Assembly: GCA_000998275.1 (NCBI GenBank) | Contig: LCDA01000002.1 | Span: forward strand, 1 to 44,707 | DNA: 44,707 nt | Direction of reading: 5' to 3' | DNA from: Candidatus Collierbacteria bacterium GW2011_GWA2_42_17 | GTDB lineage: Bacteria; Patescibacteriota; Microgenomatia; UBA1400; MFAQ01 | In this document: piece by piece, positions 39,010 to 44,707 of the stretch | How positions within the stretch are numbered: position 1 is the stretch's first letter | How the letters are laid out: each line of letters begins with the position of its first letter | Notes under the pieces: generated by a model | What the model was told of the DNA's origin: nothing | The model's input: only the letters and a program-made list of their open reading frames with translations | Database searches by the model: none | Position numbers and translations under genes: made by a program

Positions 39010-39570
39010 TTAATTCGCTCTCGCTGTATACTGCCCCGTCTCGGTATTTACTTTAATTTTATCTCCAACACCGATAAACAAGGGTACCATCACAATAAGT
39101 CCAGAAGCGGTCGTTGCAGGTTTAAGAACATTACTTACTGTGTTTCCACGAGCACCAGGCTCGGTCTCAATAATCTCCATAATAACGCTGGCTTGCAGCT
39201 CCACACCCAAGATTTTTTCATTCCAGAAAAGCACCCAGGCTTTTTCACCCTCCACCAAAAACTTTACGTCATCTCCCAAAACAGCCAAGGGAATTTCATA
39301 TTGTTCAAAAGACACTGGGTCCATAAAATATGCTTTTTCGTCATCTTTGTACAAGTACTGGAGGTGTTTCTTTTCCAGAAGAATATCTTCCACCATGTTG
39401 CCGGAAATATATCCCTTTGTTACAATCGAACCATTAAAAAGGTTCTTTGCCTTCACTTTTATTGTTGCATTTCCCCTACCCATCTTGGTAAAGTCATACT
39501 TCATTACCCGAAAAGGATTACCCTCTTCGGTAAAAGTAACTCCCACTTTAAGCTTGTTTACATCAATCAT
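39010..39570 (-). CDS. efp: Elongation factor P (Arg at the loop tip)
   Basis: KMGRGNA loop, QYLYKD, TEPGARGNT, KPAT, VPLFI, VNTETGQY. Confidence 0.95.
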   Translation of the reverse strand: MIDVNKLKVGVTFTEEGNPFRVMKYDFTKMGRGNATIKVKAKNLFNGSIVTKGYISGNMVEDILLEKKHLQYLYKDDEKAYFMDPVSFEQYEIPLAVLGDDVKFLVEGEKAWVLFWNEKILGVELQASVIMEIIETEPGARGNTVSNVLKPATTASGLIVMVPLFIGVGDKIKVNTETGQYTARAN

Positions 39571-39607
39571 TTGCGTATTCTACTCCCCTTTTGGGGAATT
39601 AATAAAG

Positions 39608-39690
39608 TGCCGAGAGAGGGGATCGAACCCTCACGGGATTGCTCCCACAGGTTTTTGAGACCTGAGCGTATACCATTCCGCCATCTCGGC
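39608..39690 (-). tRNA. tRNA-Leu(CAA), CCA not encoded
   Basis: GCCGAGA acceptor stem; anticodon arm CAGGT-CTCAAAA-ACCTG; long variable arm; GGTTCGATCC T-loop. Confidence 0.95.
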
Positions 39691-39804
39691 AACATCTGAT
39701 ATTTTACCACGCACCGCCCCTTCATAACTTTTTTACCGGTACACCCTCGCCGCCAATAAAACTCAAAATAAACTCGTTTAAGACCCATATTCATGGGTCT
39801 TTTT

Positions 39805-40392
39805 CTATCTCTTCCCTACCCACTCCCAATTCACCACCTTCCACCAACTACCCACATACTCTGCTCTTCTATTTTGATATCTCAAATAGTACGCATGTTC
39901 CCAAACATCTATTCCCAAAAGAGGTTTTTTCCCCAAAGAAAGTGGATTGTCTTGATTTGCCGTAGACATAATTTCCAACTCCCCTTCGTTATCTTCCACC
40001 AACCACCCCCATCCGCTTCCAAACCTTCCCAAGGCATTTTTTTCAAACAAAGCTTTAAACTCTACCAAGCTACCGAACTTCTTTTCAATTCTCTTTCCCA
40101 AATCGACCGATATCTCTCCTTCTTCCCCACCCTTCATTTCTTGCCAATAAAAATTATGATTCCATACTCCTCCGGCATTATTTTTAATCGCCGCCACCTC
40201 ACTGTTCATTAATTCCTCCAAGGTTTTGTTTTGTAAATATGGCATTCCCTCCAGTATTTTATTAAGATTATCGACATAACTCTGGTGATGTTTTCCATAA
40301 TGGATCTCTACTGTCTGTCGGTCTATTACCGACTCGAGAGCGTCATATTTATAGGGCAGCTCTGCCAATACAAACGGGTAATGGTTACTCAT
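39805..40392 (-). CDS. sodA: Fe/Mn superoxide dismutase (Mn/cambialistic-type motifs)
   Basis: HYGKHH, NNAGGVWNH, FGSGWGWL, NQDNP, DVWEHAYY. Confidence 0.92.
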   Translation of the reverse strand: MSNHYPFVLAELPYKYDALESVIDRQTVEIHYGKHHQSYVDNLNKILEGMPYLQNKTLEELMNSEVAAIKNNAGGVWNHNFYWQEMKGGEEGEISVDLGKRIEKKFGSLVEFKALFEKNALGRFGSGWGWLVEDNEGELEIMSTANQDNPLSLGKKPLLGIDVWEHAYYLRYQNRRAEYVGSWWKVVNWEWVGKR

Positions 40393-40434
40393 ATTTAAGT
40401 AATAATTAATACACTATCAATTTATCACAAAAAA

Positions 40435-41745
40435 CTATCTTCCCCTATCCACTCCATAAAACTTGACCCGGTCGCCTCTAAACTTCAAATCGATTGTCCC
40501 TGACGCACCGTTACGGTGTTTAGCAATCGACAACTTCACATCTTCCAGGTTATTTTCATCGTTGCGGTAAAGGAACATCACTACGTCGGCATCCTGCTCA
40601 ATCGAACCCGACTCCCGCAAGTCGGCCAAAACCGGTGTTTTATCTGTTCTACTTTCCACTCCTCGGTTAAGCTGGGATAGTGCCAAGACCGGAATTTTTA
40701 ATTCACGAGCCAGGTTTTTTAAGCCCTGAGAAATTGCGCCCACCTCTTGCACCCGACTTTCGTAATTTTTGTCACCCACACACAGCTGTAAATAGTCGAC
40801 CACCAGCAACTTCACACCTACCTGGGAGTGCAAACGACGGGCTTTTGTTCTAAGTTCCAAAATCGACTGACCCGGAGTGTCATCAATGTACAAAGGTGAC
40901 TCTGCCAATACTCCCATTCCCTCTGATAGCTTGGCAAAATCATCGTCCTTAAGATTTCCCGTTTTTAACTTCCACGCGTCAATATTTGCCTGAGATACCA
41001 ACATTCTATCGACCATTTCCAAGTTACTCATTTCCAGTGCAAAATAACCAACCGGCATCTTCTTTTCTACCGCCACATACTGAGCCACATTGGTTGCAAA
41101 AGCGGTCTTTCCTATACCTGGCCTGGCCGCCAAAATAATCAGGTTAGAGTCTTGCATTCCAGCTAGCATTTTATCCAAGTCCGAAAACCCGGTTGGGACA
41201 CCACGGAGACCATCAGCAGAGTTTTGCAGCGTGTCCAGTCGATCGAAGCTTTCCGCCAAGGCATCCTTAATCGGAATAAAAGATCTCCGCATATTCGTCT
41301 GAGACAACGAATAAATTTCTTGCTCTGCTTTATCCAAAACTTCATTCAATGGTTTACTGTCATCAAATCCCATCTCCCCCATCGTCGCCCCTGCAGAAAT
41401 CAACTTTCTCTTTATGTATGTTTCGCGAACGATCTGAGCATATTTTCCGACATGTGAAGCCACCGGCACTTCATTTGATAGCTCAGATAAATATGATTTT
41501 CCTCCTACCCTATCCAGTAATTTTGCCTTTTTCAGCCAGTCGGCAACCGTCAAAACATCAATCGGATCGCGATTTTCATAAAGAGTCACCATTGCCTCAA
41601 AAACCGACCCGTTGTTTTCACTATAAAACATCTCCGGTCGTAAAAGTACTGCGATATCGACGATTGCGTCCTTGTCAATTAGAATCGCTCCCAGAATAGA
41701 TTTTTCCGCCTCATCTGAATGGGGCGGTATCCTTGTGTTAGGCAT
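40435..41745 (-). CDS. dnaB: Replicative DNA helicase
   Basis: PPHSDEAE, AARPGIGKT, VDYLQL, LSQLNR, DLRESGSIEQDAD, KHRNG. Confidence 0.97.
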   Translation of the reverse strand: MPNTRIPPHSDEAEKSILGAILIDKDAIVDIAVLLRPEMFYSENNGSVFEAMVTLYENRDPIDVLTVADWLKKAKLLDRVGGKSYLSELSNEVPVASHVGKYAQIVRETYIKRKLISAGATMGEMGFDDSKPLNEVLDKAEQEIYSLSQTNMRRSFIPIKDALAESFDRLDTLQNSADGLRGVPTGFSDLDKMLAGMQDSNLIILAARPGIGKTAFATNVAQYVAVEKKMPVGYFALEMSNLEMVDRMLVSQANIDAWKLKTGNLKDDDFAKLSEGMGVLAESPLYIDDTPGQSILELRTKARRLHSQVGVKLLVVDYLQLCVGDKNYESRVQEVGAISQGLKNLARELKIPVLALSQLNRGVESRTDKTPVLADLRESGSIEQDADVVMFLYRNDENNLEDVKLSIAKHRNGASGTIDLKFRGDRVKFYGVDRGR

Positions 41746-42403
41746 TCATTATTAATACTTGAGTATCGTCGGGCAGACTTCCTTCGTCTACTTTTATTTT
41801 ATGCACCGGTTCTCCAGCTACTAAAAATTTATTCTTATCCAAAAACTCTTCCAGTGTGTGTTTCTCTGACCAGGCTTCCGTCATTCCGGCAACCTTGTAG
41901 TGCATGGGAATTACATAAGATGGCTGGATATCCTTAATCAGATCCATCACTTCATTTGTCTCCAAAGCCGTCACCCCACCAACACCCACCATCAATACAT
42001 CCACCGATCCAATCTTTTCAATCTGTGCCTCGGAAAGTTTGTGTCCCAAATCTCCTAAATGCAAAATGTTCAGTCCATCCATTCTTACATTCACAATTAA
42101 GTTTTTTCCTCTTTCGGCTCCCTCTACTTTATCGTGATACATTTTGGTCGCTGCTATCTCTACCCCTCCGATTTCATACTCCCCTTCCTTGTCAATTACA
42201 AAAGTATCTTGACGAGTGACCGGGCCGGTTATATTTTCCAAAGCATTATGGTCATCATGACCATGAGAGACCGTCACTATATCGGCTACCTCTTTCGCAA
42301 AAGGCAGACCAACCATCTCACTTTTAAAAGGATCCATGATGACTGTCATCCCTTCTTTATTTTTTAACTTAAAACACGAGTGGCCAAGATATGTGATTTC
42401 CAT
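41738..42403 (-). CDS. MBL-fold metallo-hydrolase
   Basis: MEITYLGHSCF, SHGHDDH, HLGDLG, IPMHY; start reassigned to 42403. Confidence 0.9.
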   Translation of the reverse strand: MEITYLGHSCFKLKNKEGMTVIMDPFKSEMVGLPFAKEVADIVTVSHGHDDHNALENITGPVTRQDTFVIDKEGEYEIGGVEIAATKMYHDKVEGAERGKNLIVNVRMDGLNILHLGDLGHKLSEAQIEKIGSVDVLMVGVGGVTALETNEVMDLIKDIQPSYVIPMHYKVAGMTEAWSEKHTLEEFLDKNKFLVAGEPVHKIKVDEGSLPDDTQVLIMNA

Positions 42404-42513
42404 GAAACAATAATACCACAGCGGCCACACAAGAACCCGAAAGAATTGTGGTGGCCACACCCACAAAACTTGCAAATGTGCTTCCAAACTGTTATCCTTT
42501 CACTCGAAAGCCT

Positions 42514-42948
42514 ATGCGCAAAGAAGTCATTCTAGCCGTAATCATTGGGATAATCCTCGGAGGAGTCATCCTCTACGGTATTAACCTAGCAAATACCTCT
42601 TCCAAAATTAATCAGGGTGACACTGAGACAGAAAAAAGTAGCACAAAGGTCACTCCCTCATCCTCAAAAAAACCAGATAGTCTAATCTCTATCCTCTTTC
42701 CTACAAACAACTCTGTCGTCACCGAAAACCAGCTTACCATCAAAGGCACGACCAAACCCAACTCCAACATCGCCATCATCTCCGAAAGTGATGATATCCT
42801 CACCATGTCTGATAAATCGGGTAATTTTTCGGAAGATATTAACTTAATTCCAGGAGAAAACACCATTACCATCACCATTGTTGACGAAAAGCAGGCTACT
42901 TCTTCTTCCATTATTACTGTTATTCGCACCACCACTCTACCGGAATAA
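42514..42948 (+). CDS. Membrane-anchored Ig-like domain protein
   Basis: MRKE + TM; GNFSEDINLIPGENTITI Ig-like motif. Confidence 0.75.
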   Translation: MRKEVILAVIIGIILGGVILYGINLANTSSKINQGDTETEKSSTKVTPSSSKKPDSLISILFPTNNSVVTENQLTIKGTTKPNSNIAIISESDDILTMSDKSGNFSEDINLIPGENTITITIVDEKQATSSSIITVIRTTTLPE

Positions 42949-42949
42949 A

Positions 42950-43585
42950 ATGAAAAAACTATTTTTGTCTCTCACCACTATTTTTCTCAGTCTCGTCTTT
43001 GTTCAGCCTGTAATGGCTATTACAGCCACCCCTTCGGCTACCCCAACTCCAGATATAGAGGAAAAATATAAATTGATTGTCCAGGAAAATGTCTCCAGTA
43101 TTGCCGCCAAACTACAAGAAAAGGTTAATCTTATGTCTCTTGTTGGCTACGTTGGTAAAATCACTACCATTAGCTCGGGAAACTTAACCGTGGACTCACA
43201 CGGTGTCCTTCTTCAGGTTACTTCTACAGCCAAAACAGTCTACCTAAAAAACAATTCCACCATCAAAGTCACCTCTCTCGCCATAGATGACAAAGTCATT
43301 ATTATCGGTACTTCTATTAAAGACGGTATCATTCAAGCCAAAAGAGTTTCGGTTATCAAAGACGAGCCGATACTTGTAAAAACAACCGCGGTGATTGCCA
43401 AAGTTGTCTCCGTAGACATCAAAAAGAAAACCCTTACTCTCACTATTAATGGTGCTGACCAAGTTCTGACTCTCTCCAAAAAATCCACCGTCAAACTGGA
43501 CCAGTTCAGTGCCGGTCAAACCATTCTGGGTATTGTTAAAGAATACGATGGTAACCTCTCCATTTCCCGTGCCAAAACCCTTTAG
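42950..43585 (+). CDS. Secreted protein with two OB-like (DUF5666-like) repeats
   Basis: MKKLF signal peptide, ATPSATPTP linker, two G/A-K-I/V...T...L..D/G..V/I...G repeats. Confidence 0.7.
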   Translation: MKKLFLSLTTIFLSLVFVQPVMAITATPSATPTPDIEEKYKLIVQENVSSIAAKLQEKVNLMSLVGYVGKITTISSGNLTVDSHGVLLQVTSTAKTVYLKNNSTIKVTSLAIDDKVIIIGTSIKDGIIQAKRVSVIKDEPILVKTTAVIAKVVSVDIKKKTLTLTINGADQVLTLSKKSTVKLDQFSAGQTILGIVKEYDGNLSISRAKTL

Positions 43586-43604
43586 TTTAGGCTAGAATGG
43601 ATTA

Positions 43605-44477
43605 ATGCCCCGGTCCAACAACCGCACTCTCGCTTACGCTATTCTTTTGTTAAATACTGCACTCTGGGGTTTTTCTGCACCCATTATCAAGTATTCTTTC
43701 CAGTTTACCTCCCCATCCCTCTTTCTTTTCTATCGCTACCTTATTGCCGCGATTCTTTTTCTCCCCATCTTTCTCCTCTACCGCTCCCAAAAATACCACC
43801 ACATCGATCACCCCAAAACGCTCGTCATTGCCCTTCTCGGCACCCCTCTTTGTTTACTTCCCCTTTTTTATGGTCTTAACCAAACTTCTGCAATTGAAGC
43901 TTCTATTCTAGAATCCAGCAGCCCCATTTTCACCATCATAATGGCCATTCTTTTCCTTGGCGAAAGACTAAAACCAAGAGAAACAAAGGGTCTTTTAATT
44001 GCTCTAATCGGAACCGCCGTGATTGCTTTCGAACCACTTATCACCGGCTATAACCATGTCCAGCTATCTCTTCAAGGCAACCTCTTAATCATCTTAAGTA
44101 ATATTATCTGGACTTCTTTTCTCCTCTTATCCAAAAAATTCAAGACCGATCCCGTCTACCTTTCCTTTTACTCTTTTGTTGTCAGCATTCCTTTTTTCTT
44201 CCTCATCCATTCTTCCCAACGTCTTTCTTTCGCTCTCAATACCGAAGCCCTTCCCGGCATTCTTTACATGGCCGTTGGTGGCTCCATCATCGCTTTCTGG
44301 GCCTATCAAGAAGGCCAGAGACGTATCGAAGCATCCGAAGCAGCTATCTTCACCTATCTCAAACCGGCCTTCGCCATCCCTCTTTCCATATTATGGCTAA
44401 AGGAAGCCTTCTCCCCTGTAGCTATCGTGGCTACACTCCTCATTGTCATAGGTGTCTTTATCTCCGAAAAACGATGA
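43605..44477 (+). CDS. EamA/DMT family transporter
   Basis: About 10 TM; LWG, two EamA repeats, LFLGERL, LWLKE. Confidence 0.9.
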   Translation: MPRSNNRTLAYAILLLNTALWGFSAPIIKYSFQFTSPSLFLFYRYLIAAILFLPIFLLYRSQKYHHIDHPKTLVIALLGTPLCLLPLFYGLNQTSAIEASILESSSPIFTIIMAILFLGERLKPRETKGLLIALIGTAVIAFEPLITGYNHVQLSLQGNLLIILSNIIWTSFLLLSKKFKTDPVYLSFYSFVVSIPFFFLIHSSQRLSFALNTEALPGILYMAVGGSIIAFWAYQEGQRRIEASEAAIFTYLKPAFAIPLSILWLKEAFSPVAIVATLLIVIGVFISEKR

Positions 44478-44542
44478 TTAAATAAAGGACTGATATAATA
44501 CCTCCCAAACAGCACGTTTCAATTACCACATAAGGAGGAAGA

Positions 44543-44659
44543 ATGCTTGTCAAACGGAAACCAATTCGTATTTTTCCACTCCGTAAAACGGGGTCCTATC
44601 CATCTATCGCCAATCGTCAGATAAAAATATTCCGCATTCCCAAACCTCACATTCGTTAA
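44543..44659 (+). CDS. 38-aa basic peptide (MLVKRKPIRIFPLRKTGSYPSIANRQIKIFRIPKPHIR)
   Basis: Extended -10 TGaTATAAT 44491-44499, SD TAAGGAGG 44531-44538, downstream hairpin. Confidence 0.6.
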   Translation: MLVKRKPIRIFPLRKTGSYPSIANRQIKIFRIPKPHIR

Positions 44660-44690
44660 GGAAGTGACATGTTTAAGATGCCTCTCTCTG

Positions 44691-44707
44691 AGCCCCTTTT
44701 CGGGGCT
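44691..44707 (+). terminator. Terminator-like hairpin (tail beyond the window)
   Basis: AGCCCC-ttttc-GGGGCT. Confidence 0.55.

Noticed and set aside
39007-39794. Long ORFs 39007..39699(+), 39140..39658(+) and 39567..39794(-)
   Set aside because: Shadows of efp and tRNA-Leu

Overview
Core-genome window from a small-genome bacterium. Gene content, the CPR-style pilins and the lack of a secretin suggest Patescibacteria/CPR, probably Microgenomates (inference). It holds: the 3' part of pheT; a class A PBP; a recG-rpmF-nusB-rnc-rpsP-khpA run; a type IV pilus locus (pilB/T/C, major pilin, pilD, 8 minor or pseudo-pilins, pilM/N/O); a holB-like gene; gyrB-ppa-gyrA; a PQQ-dehydrogenase-like/cupredoxin pair; a single Xer-type recombinase; an M50 protease; yebC; a lgt-dksA-lspA-rluA run; efp; tRNA-Leu(CAA); sod; dnaB; and several membrane or secreted proteins. 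The most unusual element is a ~1.1 kb non-coding locus (30215-31350) near the xer gene. It combines DnaA boxes, a very AT-rich tract, a ~145-nt rod-like inverted repeat and a near-perfect 11-6-11 dif-like site, one half of which is repeated in the xer promoter. Spot counts show no GC-skew reversal across it. The window also appears to use two expression modes. At least 9 core genes look leaderless (TANNNT exactly 6 nt before ATG). Four stand-alone + strand cassettes each carry their own promoter, a leader with a loose boxA-like motif, a strong SD and a terminator.
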